From contig NC_091470.1 in the NCBI RefSeq assembly GCF_036971445.1, positions 71,486,001 through 71,550,000 of the forward strand: a stretch of DNA of 64,000 bases. The letters are read 5' to 3'. Below the pieces are notes generated by a model. The model did not search any database, had not been told where the DNA came from, and worked only from the letters and a program-made list of their open reading frames with translations. The position numbers and the translations under genes are program-made. Below, one piece after another: positions 1 to 11,822 of this stretch. Within the stretch, counting starts at the first letter, position 1. Every line of letters starts with the position of its first letter. The stretch comes from Narcine bancroftii. Its lineage: Eukaryota.

Positions 1-72
1 TATTTTTGGCACAGACTAGAAGGGCCAAAGGGGCCTGTTTCTGTGCTGTAATGCTCTATGGTTCTCTATGGT
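1..72 (+). mobile_element. CR1-type LINE/SINE 3' tail (truncated by the window edge)
   Basis: agggccaaaggggcctgtttctgtgctgta...ctatggttct, the typical CR1 terminal hairpin and short-repeat tail. Confidence 0.7.
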
Positions 73-435
73 AATGTGTGTATATAATATTGCAGCTTTC
101 TTGAACTTTGAATACTTGACAACCAATGAGTTTGGTCACTGCTGTAATAAAGGAAATATGAGAGTTAATTTGTGGTAAACAAAGATACTATGATGTGAAA
201 ATGACAAGATTTTTATTTGCAATAACAGGGTACATACTGTATTCACTGTATGCAACATTTCTGGAGATAGAAAGAGATAATATTTAAGTTGGGAAGAACT
301 GTGATTAAGCAGTCTGGGTGGAGGCAAAAGATGTACACTGACATTTTGGGTCGAGACCCTACTTCAGTTTTGACGCAGTCTTGACCCCAAATAATATATT
401 CAAATAGGAGTTGGATGTTGCCATATTGGCTAGTC

Positions 436-623
436 CCAATTGTTACTCTAATGTCTTGCTTGAGAAAAATTGTCATTGGCCCATTTCCTTTGGAGCAGTA
501 ATTCTCAATCTTTCCTTCTCAATCACATCCCACCTTAAGCAACCCCTTCCTAATCACAGAGCACCAATGGCATAGGGATTACTTACAGTGGTTTGTGAAT
601 GGAAAGAAAAAGAAAAACCACTG
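436..623. mobile_element. Partial copy of the hAT-type non-autonomous element seen intact at 33190-33536
   Basis: Spacer (reverse complement of about 33346-33405) plus one arm ending AACCACTG. Confidence 0.65.
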
Positions 624-827
624 AGCTAAAGGGATCAAGGATAAGGAGAGAATGGAGGAATGGGGCAGCTTTTCATTTTTTAGATACTGCTTGATCTGCT
701 GAGTTCTTCCAGTTTTTTTTTGCACCAGATTCCAGCATATGTAGACACTTTCGTCATCTTAATATTTAAGGTTCAATGACCTTTCATCAGAACTGAAAGC
801 AAATAAGCCTCAAGTTGCTAGTAAAGG

Positions 828-2062
828 AAATTATCAATTACCAAAACTAATATTGACGCAAAATAAGCTACTCCCTTTTACAATAGACAACCTTTCCTTT
901 AGAAAATGGGAAAAAAAGGGGATTAAAAGAATAGAAAATTGTTTTTCAGGAAGTAGATTCTTATCCTTTGAACAAATGAGAGATAAGTACAATATAACTG
1001 GAGATACAGCGCTGGCATATTACCAACTGAGATCCTACTTGAAAGATAAATTAGGAAGCAATTTGAGTTTACCAGAGGGAAGTAACCTTGAATATGTGAT
1101 TACAGATACAATGTTAATCAAAAGATTTATAACAAATATGTATATTAAACTGCAAGAAAAGGAGAATGAGGAAACAAATGGTAAAACTAAACAAAAATGG
1201 GAACAAGATTTAAATATAAAGATAAAAAAGGAAACATGGGAGAAATTATGTTCTGGAACGATGAGAAATACAATAAATACGAGGCTGCGTATGATACAAT
1301 ATAATTGGTTACACAGACTATACATTACACCGCAAAAGTTAAATAAATGGGACCCAACAGTATCTGATAGATGTTTTCGATGTAAAAAAGAAAGGGGAAC
1401 AACAATTCATGCAATCTGGACATGTGAGAGAGTAGAAAAATTTTGGAATGATCTCAATCAGATATTAAATAAAATAACAGAAAACAATATACCAAAGAAT
1501 CCAGAGATCTTTCTCCTAAGTAACATAAAAAATAAAGAATTTGGAATTGACTTGGAAGATGCACAAAAAAGATTTGTTAAGATAGCCCTAGCCGTAGCAA
1601 AAAAATGTATTATGTCAACCTGGAAATTGGAAGATAATTTGAAAATACAACAATGGTATATAGAAATGAATAAATGTATTCCATTAGAAAAAATAACATA
1701 TAGTTTAAGAAATAATATTGAAATATTCGAACAAGTATGGGAGCCTTACATTAAATACAATAGCGAAAACCTACCGGGAACAAACATTACCTAAGTTGAT
1801 GGAAGGAGAAGAAAAGAAAAGAATGGACTCAGTAGAATTTCTGGTGTATTTTTGTTGAATGACAACATTGTCTGACTGGCTTAATGCAACCTAGATTGTA
1901 TACCTAAAATGGATGAGAGGGGGGGGGGGGTGGGGGGGTGGCTTGGGAGGAGGGAGGGGGGGGGGGAGAAAAAGTCACTGTATATGTGTGAAAAAGAAAA
2001 AGTGTATATCATGGCTAACGTGATTTATGGTGTGAAAAATAAAAAATTTAATAATAAAAAAA
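828..2062 (+). mobile_element. 5'-truncated L1-clade LINE (ORF2 C-terminus 853-1794, 3'UTR, A-rich tail)
   Basis: Open 313-aa frame with the zinc knuckle CFRC...H...C and the HRLYITPQKL motif; G-rich 3'UTR; A-rich tail; perfect 16-bp TSD AAGTTGCTAGTAAAGG at 812-827 and 2063-2078. Confidence 0.92.
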
Positions 2063-2394
2063 AAGTTGCTAGTAAAGGGCAGTGACGGCTGTAATAGCGT
2101 AATACAGTCTGTAATAGATCAGGAGAGACGAAGACAAAATTGGTGAACCCAGCTGAAGTAGGTCAAGACTGGTGAATAAACTATGTGTCTGGGGAAATTT
2201 AAAATGTATGGTAAATGGAATGTAAAAAAAAAACACACACAAGGGGATAACGCTGGAGATGCTGGAAATGAGAAACAAAACTGGAATGGCTAATGATCTA
2301 AATTCTTGAAATCAACATGGAGTCTGGAATACTGTGATGTACTTTACTGACAGTCAGGATGTTGTCATTGAACTTGTATTCAGCTTTCTTGAAT

Positions 2395-3007
2395 AATAAG
2401 ATATAGGAATAGAAGGAGGCCCATTGAGTCTGCTCTGGTATTTAATCATGAGCTGATCCATCCACCCACTCAGCCTCATTCCCTGGCTTTCTCCTTGTAA
2501 CCCTTGATCGGCTGACTAATCAAATACCTGTCAATCTCTGCCTTAAATACACCCAATGACTGCTTCCACTGCTGCCTGTGGCAACAAGTTCCATAGACTC
2601 ACAACCCCCTGACTAAAGACATTTTCCCACAATTCTGTTTTAAAATGAAGCCCTTTTATCTTGAAGTTATGCCCTCTTGTCCTAGAATTCTCTACCATGA
2701 AACATCCTTGCCACATCTAATCTGTCCAGGCCTTTCAGCATTTGAAATGTCTCTGAGGACCCTCATCCTTCTATTCCAACGAGTACAATCCAAGAGCTGA
2801 CAATCGCTCCTCATAAGCTAGGTATCATTCTAGTAAATCTTCTATGAACTATCTCCAACGCCAGCACGTCTTTTCACAAATAAGGTGTCCAAAACTGCAT
2901 ATAGTACTCCAGGTGAGGTCTCACAAGTGCTTTACAGTCTCAAAATTGCATCCCTGCCCTTATATGCTATTCCTCTAGTAATATCAACATTACATTCACC
3001 TTCTTCA
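2395..3007 (-). mobile_element. Decayed CR1 LINE 3' fragment
   Basis: The minus strand resembles the CR1 ORF2 C-terminus (YxxLVRPHLEYxxQFW-type region) and 3' tail. Confidence 0.7.
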
Positions 3008-3499
3008 GTGCAGGAGACCACAGGAGGAAAAGTCAGAATGAGGGTGCCGTTTTAATTGTATAGTAAATGGAAAATGAAATCAAACTAGGGCACTGGGGAT
3101 GTTGGAAATGAGAAACAAAGTGACATTGTTTGATGAAATTGAAGTGACATTGCCCAGGAGCTTGGACTTGTGCACTGAACAGAGGTATCATGCACAGTGA
3201 AAACAGGAGCAGAAAGCCATTTGGCCCTTTAACCCTGTTCCACCATTTGATCATACGACCTCTTTTTTCTCCTTATCCTTGATCCTTTTAGCCAATATGG
3301 CAACATCCAACTCTTATCTGAATGTATCCAAATGAAATGGCCTCAACAAACGTGGTAGGGAGTTCCATATCTCTGAGTGAAAAGGTTTCTCCTCATTTCA
3401 GCCCTAAATGGCTTATACAAGGGTTACCAAACTTGCTTAATGCAAGATCCACATAAGATAAACTTCAGAAGTAAAACAGACACATTAACATTGACTTTT

Positions 3500-3835
3500 C
3501 TGGTTTCTGCTAACTTGCTCTCCCTTTCCGTCCCAGTTTTCTTTCACTCAGCTCTCCACCCCCTTCCCTCTCTATTCATCTAAATATCCCTAGTCCCCTT
3601 GCTTGCTGTTGAGCCCTCCAGCCCAACTCTACCTATTACCTCCTGCTTTTGCTACCATGCTCATCCCCACCCCCCCACGCCTCTCCCCTTACTTTTTTAA
3701 TCAGGTGCCTGCCGACAGTTTTCCATACCTTGACGAAGGTATGCAAACTCGAATCGTTAGTTATGCATTTTTATCTTTGCCGTATAAAGGACTCTATTTG
3801 ACCTGCTGAGTTTCTCCAGTTTTGTGTTTTTACGA
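3500..3835 (+). mobile_element. Penelope-like element 3'/pLTR remnant
   Basis: Pyrimidine-rich tract followed by the family motif tgacgaagg...gacctgctgagtttctccag, which recurs across the window. Confidence 0.55.
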
Positions 3836-4017
3836 CAAACTTCAGATGTTTGAGAGCCACAAGATATGACAATATTTTATATACACGCTTTTACTCTTAC
3901 GTGCTTATTTTGTTGCATTTTAAATAAATATTAAGAAATATGCACGTTTTATTTATTCATGCATGCAGTTTTTAAACTGCTATTTGTATTAGCTTCAATC
4001 ATCAAAAAGTAGGCACA

Positions 4018-4502
4018 CCGTATATACGCATGTGTCAAATATTGTGGACAAATTTTTAGAGCAAAATTTAGGGGGTCAACTATTACACGCATACTACTTT
4101 TGACTGTGGTAAGTATCTGTGATATTCGGGGTGTCAGGAGCTCAGATGAACAGATAGGTGGCCGGGGCCAGGTAGTAAGTATGCGCTCAGAGTGTCAGGA
4201 GCACAGATGGGCAGGAGGGTGGCTGGGACCAGGTGGCAAGTCTGCATTTAGGCCATCGGGAGCTCTGATGGGCAGCCGGCTGGGACCGGGTGGTAAACCG
4301 GGAGCTCAGTTATGCAAGTGGGGCCAAGGCAAGAGTTTGCAACTAGATGGGCGGGTGGCCAGGGCCAAGGCAAGAGTGTGTAGTCAAGGCATCAGAAACT
4401 TGGATGAACTGTAGCTGGGGTCTAGGCGAGAGTACGTGGTCTGGGCAACAGGATCTCCCTGGCCAAGGCCAGGGAATATATGAAAATACACGCGAATATA
4501 TG
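4018..4502. repeat. Decayed non-autonomous DNA transposon-like element with internal imperfect tandem repeats of about 60 bp
   Basis: Ends ccgtatatacgc / cgcgaatatatg; recurring gtcaggagctcagatg...gggaccaggtggcaagt units at 4130-4440. Confidence 0.4.
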
Positions 4503-4710
4503 AAAGTCACACCTACTAAAACTACCACTGTGAGCACAGGTTCATACGATTCCTGTTGCAGCTAACCAATTTCCACAAGCTGCACATTACATGTCAAAGT
4601 GACTCATGAGCTGTGGTTTGGCCCCCTCTAGCTTAGCCCTTATCCTTAGTCCTTAACCCCCTTGTTCTCGATTTCTCATCATGAGAAATATTGTTCTTGT
4701 ATCTAACCCA

Positions 4711-5999
4711 AAGTTCCTCAACATGATTATCCAACTGCACGAAAACCAACAAGGTCGGGTCAGATACAGCAATGAGCTCTCTGAACCCTTCTCCATTAAC
4801 AATGGCGTGAAGCAAGGCTGTGTTCTCGCACCAACCCTCTTTTCAATCTTCTTCAGCATGATGCTGAACCAAGCCATGAAAGACCCCAACAATGAAGACG
4901 CTGTTTACATCCGGTACCGCACGGATGGCAGTCTCTTCAATCTGAGGCGCCTGCAAGCTCACACCAAGACACAAGAGAAACTTGTCCGTGAACTACTCTT
5001 TGCAGACGATGCCGCTTTAGTTGCCCATTCAGAGCCAGCTCTTCAGCGCTTGACGTCCTGCTTTGCGGAAACTGCCAAAATGTTTGGCCTGAAAGTCAGC
5101 CTGAAGAAAACTGAGGTCCTCCATCAGCCAGCTCCCCACCATGACTACCAGCCACCCCACATCTCCATCGGGCACACAAAACTCAAAATGGTCAATCAGT
5201 TTACCTATCTCGGCTGCACCATTTCATCAGATGCAAGGATCGACAATGAGATAGACAACAGACTCGCCAAGGCAAATAGCGCCTTTAGAAGACTACACAA
5301 AAGAGTCTGGAAAAACAACCAACTGAAAAACCTCACAAAGATAAGCGTATACAGAGCCGTTGTCATACCCACACTCCTGTTCGGCTCCGAATCATGGGTC
5401 CTCTACCGGCATCACCTACGGCTCCTAGAACGCTTCCACCAGCGTTGTCTCTGCTCCATCCTCAACATCCATTGGAGCGCTTTCATCCCTAACGTCGAAG
5501 TACTCGAGATGGCAGAGGTCGACAGCATCGAGTCCACGCTGCTGAAGATCCAGCTGCGCTGGATGGGTCACGTCTCCAGAATGGAGGACCATCGCCTTCC
5601 CAAGATCGTGTTATATGGCGAGCTCTCCACTGGCCACCGTGACAGAGGTGCACCAAAGAAAAGGTACAAGGACTGCCTAAAGAAATCTCTTGGTGCCTGC
5701 CACATTGACCACCGCCAGTGGGCTGATATCGCCTCAAACCGTGCATCTTGGCGCCTCACAGTTTGGCGGGCAGCAACCTCCTTTGAAGAAGACCGCAGAG
5801 CCCACCTCACTGACAAAAGGCAAAGGAGGAAAAACCCAACACCCAACCCCAACCAACCAATTTTCCCCTGCAACCGCTGCAACCGTGTCTGCCTGTCCCG
5901 CATCGGACTTGTCAGCCACAAACGAGCCTGCAGCTGACGTGGACTTTTTACCCCCTCCTTAAATCTTCGTCCGCGAAGCCAAGCCAAAGAAGAGAAAGA
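4711..5999 (+). mobile_element. 5'-truncated RTE-clade (BovB-like) LINE, RT and C-terminus in an open frame (ORF 4681-5937)
   Basis: GVKQGCVLAPTLF, ELLFADDAAL, FTYLG and a C-terminal CNRC...SH motif; AAG-rich tail; 10-bp TSD ATCTAACCCA at 4701-4710 and 6000-6009. Confidence 0.93.
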
Positions 6000-6026
6000 A
6001 TCTAACCCATCTAATGTTATCAGACA

Positions 6027-6333
6027 CAGGTACACATCCTTTATCCGGACATCTAAAATCTGGAAAGCTCCAAAAACCGGCATTTTTTTCCTGGTGCTGG
6101 TACAGCAGAGGGAGAGAGAGAGAGAGAGAGAGATGGCAGCGCGACTCGGGTGGGCGAGGGGGGAATAGAGACGGCAGCGCGACTCGGGTGGGCAAGAGGG
6201 AGAGAGACGCCAACGCGACTGGAAGGGGGTGGATACGGCAGCACAATTCGGGTGGGCTTAAATCTGGCTTTAAAAATCTGAAATTCGGAACACACTGTTC
6301 CCCAAGGGTTCCAGATAAAGAATTGTGTACCTG
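6027..6333. mobile_element. Tc1/mariner-pogo (Tigger-like) MITE
   Basis: TIR CAGGTACACA(A)TCCTTTATCCGGA; TA at the right end; internal GCAGCGCGACTCGGGTGGGC repeats; second copy at 30255-30526. Confidence 0.8.
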
Positions 6334-8179
6334 TATTCTAGCAACAATTATAATCTGAAGGGATAAAAGTTGAAATATGGAAAAGTTAATTTTAAAACAC
6401 ACAGAAGTGATTTGGCAGTTAATAAAGCTTATCATGTTCAAAGGTATCTGCAAAAGTGAACCCTGATCTACCATTTTGCACCTCCTATGTTTATATCAGA
6501 TAAGGACTGAATCTGAGCCTTTCAGTGGGATACCGTTACGATACTGCTTCTTGATGGCATTTCATCAAACAACAGCAAATTTTGGCATTTTGTATTCAAT
6601 GTCACCATTTCTAATATTGGCAAACTTACCGCAAAATTTGTTCAATTACCTCCTTGTCATAGGAAAATCATGTCACACTGCCACATGCAGGCATAAGTGG
6701 TACGACAGATAAAATATAACAGTGCAGGAACTCCACCTACTGACACAATATGGAGTCAATGAAGAATAGAAAATAAGGAAAAAAATTACAAAGCACATTT
6801 AAGGACAAACAAACAAAATTACCACAATATTTTTTTTCCACATTGACTCCGTTAAGCAAATGCATAATTACCGGTACATTGGGCAACGTGGCAATCACTG
6901 TCAAAAAAAAGTTTGAATAAATCACAATGCAATCATTCACGAAAAAAGCTTTTCAAAAAATATTTTGGCAAAATAATTTACAACTGTCAAAAACACAGCA
7001 GTTGGTTTCTTGAAACTTGCACTTTTTGGATTTACATATCTTTGTTGGTACAGCTTCATGGTAAATAATTGACAATTCCATGTGTTTATAATTGATTTCT
7101 TCAAAAGAACTTTAGTGATGGTTGCAATTAAGAGACATTTTAAATTTTTTTAAGTTCCTCCAATATCTCAGCCAATAACAAAAAGTGAATCATTACATAT
7201 GGTCCAAAAAAAGTATGATTAAAGTCGTGGTTCAAAACCTTATCTATGCTGAGTTAACCAATAGTAATTAGATAAGAAGGAATAAGGTAAACAGTTATCA
7301 ATTGCTGTCCACTAGCTCGTTGGAAATTGTATGAGCTCATACGCAGCAAAGCTTATCTGCAATATTTAATTGCATAAATTGTTAACACTCGTTGCTTTTG
7401 CTTCTCCATGGAATTATTATTTATTCAAGTCTTTGAGGACTAACAGTGTCCGTGAATCAATATCCCATATTCATACATCCCAAGTAACCGAACAATGAGG
7501 AGACAGAAGAAAGAAGTTATTTACTGAAGTAGACTGTGGCACAAAAAAATTATACAATTGCAAAATCATTCAAAAAGGTTAACAAGAAAAAATTCTCAAA
7601 TGGATTAAAAATATTCCATGGAAAATATAAATTTCTATAAAACTGATGTCAACAGACATTTCTTATCTCCATTCCCTCTAATCATCTCAAATCTCACCAA
7701 TTAGTAACAAAACTTTAAAACTGACAGATCAACCTGAACGTTACATACTGTATATCCCATGCAATTCAATGATATTTGAGTGCATGAGATACAAAACTTA
7801 AGCATTACATGGAAATGTGTAAAATAAACTGATGACACTAGCTAATTTCCACCATCACACAGTCAGGATTTGTCCAATGTTATAGTCTCTACATACAATG
7901 TTGATGAAATGTCATCTGGAGCGTGATAGCCCAATAGTTAGAAAAATAACAATTTACATAAAGTGAAAAATAGCATTTTGAGGTAACTTTAAAAGCAAAA
8001 AAATATTCATTGTAAAATACACAAATTTTGGTAGATTTAGTAGGCAATAGCCAAGGCAATGAAGTCATGATCAGCTGGTCATAATCTGTAACATATCCAG
8101 AATGCAAAATACTGCCCTTCCCAGCCAGGGCTCAATCACTGATCAACGTGCACAGCTGCAAATTCGAGAAATAACCTCC

Positions 8180-8646
8180 AGGTTAAATTCTTCATGTGGC
8201 AGCAGAACATTTCTGCCAGCACAAACTGGATTTTCAAACATCTCCCTCCACCCACCTACCCATCGGCTTGATCTACTGGGATCGTTGTCTGAAGAGTGCG
8301 TGCAAAATCATTGAGGACCCCTTCCACCCTGCACACAGGATCTTTCAGCTGCTCCAGTCAGGTAAGAGGTCCAGGAGTATCAAAGCCAACAGCACCAGGC
8401 TAAAGAATAGCTTCTTCCCACGGGCAGGGAGAATGCTGAATTCTCACATTAACCATCCAAGACTCTCATTTGTACAAAGCAATATTTATTTGTATAGATA
8501 AAATACTTGTCCTGCACATGTATTGTTTGTCTGTATGTGTATTAGGTCTGGTTGTGTGTCTGCATGTTTTGCACCGAGGACCGGAGAATGCAGTTTCCTT
8601 GGGTTGTACTTGTGCAATCAGATGACAATGACTTGACTTGGCTTGA
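8180..8646 (+). mobile_element. Rex1/Babar LINE 3' fragment
   Basis: KIIEDPFHPAHRIFQLLQSGKR...RLKNSFFPRA peptide; (GACTT)n tail. Confidence 0.8.
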
Positions 8647-9463
8647 TGATATTTAATAGGATAATATAAATCCTTCAATTTATGGTGATTAGAGAACACA
8701 GATGGCCTGGGAAGGTAAAATGCTACACTCCCTCAACCACTTCCCTCTCCCATCTATATACAAAATTACAAGGAATAACTGAAAAGAATATACAAAGAGC
8801 TAATGAAAGAAGACCTAAAAAAATAAAGGATACTGAGTGGAAAAGACATCATTGTAAATTAAATCATAAACTTAGGACAAGAGGAAAAGGTTGAAAACAG
8901 AAACATTCTGGACCAGAATCTAAAAGCAACTCCTTTACCACAGTGACAATGAGCATTAGGTTAAAATTCAAAATCAAAAGGTAAACAAGAGGCTTAAAAA
9001 AAACCCACAATTTCACCTACAATTAAATTTGTGAAATAATGTACTTCTTTTAAACTGAAGCAAAAAAAAAAACACCTTGGAATCAGGAGAATTAACAATG
9101 CCTCAATATTGTCCTTGTGTAGGACATTAACCACATGGATGGGTATTTTGATTCAACAAGGAAATACAAATGGGATCAAAAAGAATTAAAGCTTAATTTT
9201 TTGTTCATTGGAAATAGATATTTAATGATGCTTCAAGAACTAGTTAGCAGTAGCAAAACTTTAAATAGGTAAGTTAAAATAGAAATAAAAGCAAGGTGAG
9301 GGAGGAGCAATGGATCTTAATATTCAACTTAAACCTTAAACTCAAACCTAACAAGTTTTCTATTAGGTAAACCCTACCCTGCTCTGATTCCACTGACTCC
9401 ACCGTTTTTTTGTACATACTGCTGTACTCAATTATTTTCCCTCCAACTTTTCTTCTCCCCGCC

Positions 9464-9637
9464 TATAACATATAACCATATAACCATTTACGGAGCGGAA
9501 ACAGGCCATGTTGGCCTTTCGAGTCCGCACCGGTTCACTGATTTTGAGTGCCCTCTTCAGGCAATGGTCCCGATGGGTTTGGCCCTCGAATTCCAACTTC
9601 AGTGGCTGAATTCTTGGCAAACTCCAAGAGTCTCTTT
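9464..9637 (-). mobile_element. Short retroelement with a CR1-type (TGGTTATA)n tail and an internal Rex1-like segment
   Basis: The minus strand ends ggccaacatggcctgtttccgctccgtaaatggttatatggttata; the same tail occurs at about 44370-44415. Confidence 0.6.
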
Positions 9638-9639
9638 TA

Positions 9640-11478
9640 AAAGAAAGAAATTAGAAAGGCCAAAAAAAAGGCATGAAGAGGCTTTGGCTGACAGAGTAGA
9701 AATAAATCCAAAGGGTTTCTATAAGTACATTAAAAGTAAAAGATTAGTGAGAGATAAAATTGGACCCCTTGTAGATAGTGAGGGTAGGCTGAGTGAGAAG
9801 TCTGAGGAAATGGGGGAAATTTTGAATGATTTCTTTGCCTCAGTATTCACTAGGGAAAAAAATGTTGAACCAGAAGTAAAGAAAAATAGTGGGGAGGTCA
9901 TGAAGCATATAAGGATAACCGAGGAGGTAGTGATGGCTGTGTTAAAAAAGATACAGGTGGATAAATCTCCCGGACCGGACAAAATATTCCCTAGGACATT
10001 CAGGGAGGCTAGTGGACAGTTAGTGGGGCCATTAACAGAGATATTTAGGATGTCACTGGCCACGGGGGAGGTACCAAAGGATTGGAGGGTGGTGCATGTA
10101 GTTCCTCTGTTTAAGAAAGGGTCCAAATGCAAACCTGGGAATTATAGGCCTGTAAGTCTGACGTCTGTGGTGGGCAAGTTAATGGAAAGTGTTCGGAGGG
10201 ATGCTATTTACAAATTTTTGGAGGTACAAGGATTGATAGGGAGTAATCAGCATGGTCTTGTCAGGGGTAGATCATGCTTGACAAACCTGATTGAGTTCTT
10301 CGAGGGGGTTACAAAAAAGGTTGATGAAGGGAAAGCTGTGGATTTTGTCTATTTGGACTTTAGTAAAACTTTTGACAAAGTTCCCCATAGGAGGTTAGGA
10401 AAAAAGGTGGAGGCATTAGGTATAAATAAGGAGGTAGTGAAATGGATTCAGCAGTGGTTGGATGGAAGGTGTCAGAGAGTAGTGGTAGAAAATTGTTTGT
10501 CCAATTGGAGGCCGGTGACGAGTGGAGTTCCTCAGGGTTCGGTCCTGGGTCCACTATTATTTATTATATATATTAATGATCTGGATGTAGGGGTAGAGAA
10601 TTGGATAAGCAAGTAGATTAAAAGGTGATTTAGGAAGGCTGGAGGTGTGGGCTGAGAAATGGCTGATGGAATTTAATACAGAGAAATGTGAGGTGCTGCA
10701 TTTTGGAAAGGCAAATTTAAATAGGTCATATACATTGAATGGTAGACAATTGAGGAGTGCAGAGCAACAAAGGGATTTAGGAGTTATGGTAAATAGTACC
10801 CTCAAGGCTGATACTCAGGTAGATGGTGTGGTGAAGAAGGCATTTGGAATGTTGGCCTTCATAAATCGGAGTATTGAATTCAAGAGTAGGGAGGTTATGA
10901 TGAAATTGTACAAGGCATTGGTGAGGCCAAATTTGGAGTACTGTGTACAGTTTTGGTCACCAAATTATAGGAAAGATATAAACAAAATAGAGAGAGTGCA
11001 GAGAAGGTTCACGAGAATGTTGACAGGATTTCAGGGTCTGAGTTACAGGGAAAGGTTGTGCAGACTGGGGCTTTTTTCTCTGGAGCGTAGAAGATTGAGA
11101 GGGGACTTGATAGAGGTGTTTAAGATTTTAAAAGGGACAGAGTAAATGTGGATAGGCTTTTTCAATTTAGAAAGGGGGAGATTCAAACTAGAGGACAAGG
11201 TTTAAGATTGAAGGGGGAAAATTATAAGGGGAACATGAGGGGAAATTTCTTTACGCAGAGGGTGGTGGGGATGTGGAATGAGCTTCCGGCAGACGTGGTC
11301 GAGGCGGGATCATTGGTTACATTTAAGGAAAGACTGGATCGTTACATGGATAGGAGGGGACTAGAGGGATATGGACCGGGTGCTGGTCAGTGGGACTAGG
11401 AGGGTGGGGATTTGCTACGGCATGGACTAGTAGGGCCGAACTGGCCTGTTCTGTGCTGTAAGTGGTTATATGGTTATA
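9640..11478 (+). mobile_element. 5'-truncated CR1 LINE; RT disrupted by a deletion over the FADD motif and a later frameshift
   Basis: [59 protein letters not shown] and NFFTQRVV motifs; (TGGTTATA)2 tail. Confidence 0.93.
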
Positions 11479-11816
11479 AAACGATTCCTAATGGTTTCTC
11501 CCTCTACTTGTCTGTTCACCTTTAACACCTTCCATCCTACAACCTTTCGGCCCCTTCCCCAGCTTTCTCCCCTCCTTATATGTGTAAATTTTACCTTTTT
11601 TATCTTAGTCCTGCTAAAGCTTTTCTACTCAAAGTATTGTTTGACCACTTCTACATGGATGTTGTCTGACCTGCTGAGTTCCTCCAGCAATTCTTTGTCT
11701 CGTCAAGATCTCAGCATCTGCAACTTGCGTGTTTCACTTCTTTAATATTCAAAGTGCTTATTAATGATACTATAATGGTCATACCACAAGTCAGAGCCAT
11801 GATCTACTTGTATTAC

Positions 11817-11822
11817 TTTATT
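11817..11822 (-). terminator. Candidate EMC7 polyadenylation signal AATAAA
   Basis: AATAAA on the minus strand about 420 nt after the stop, just before TE-derived sequence starts. Confidence 0.45.

Noticed and set aside
853-1794. 313-aa ORF as a host gene
   Set aside because: It is the C-terminus of L1 ORF2 inside a TSD-bounded, 5'-truncated insertion, and it has no ATG start.
4130-4440. Spaced repeats resembling a CRISPR array
   Set aside because: They are degenerate tandem units without unique spacers, in eukaryotic DNA with no cas genes.
4681-5937. 418-aa ATG-initiated ORF as a domesticated RT gene
   Set aside because: The ATG comes from flanking DNA that happens to be in frame. The RT lacks its N-terminal motifs and is near-identical to other young copies.
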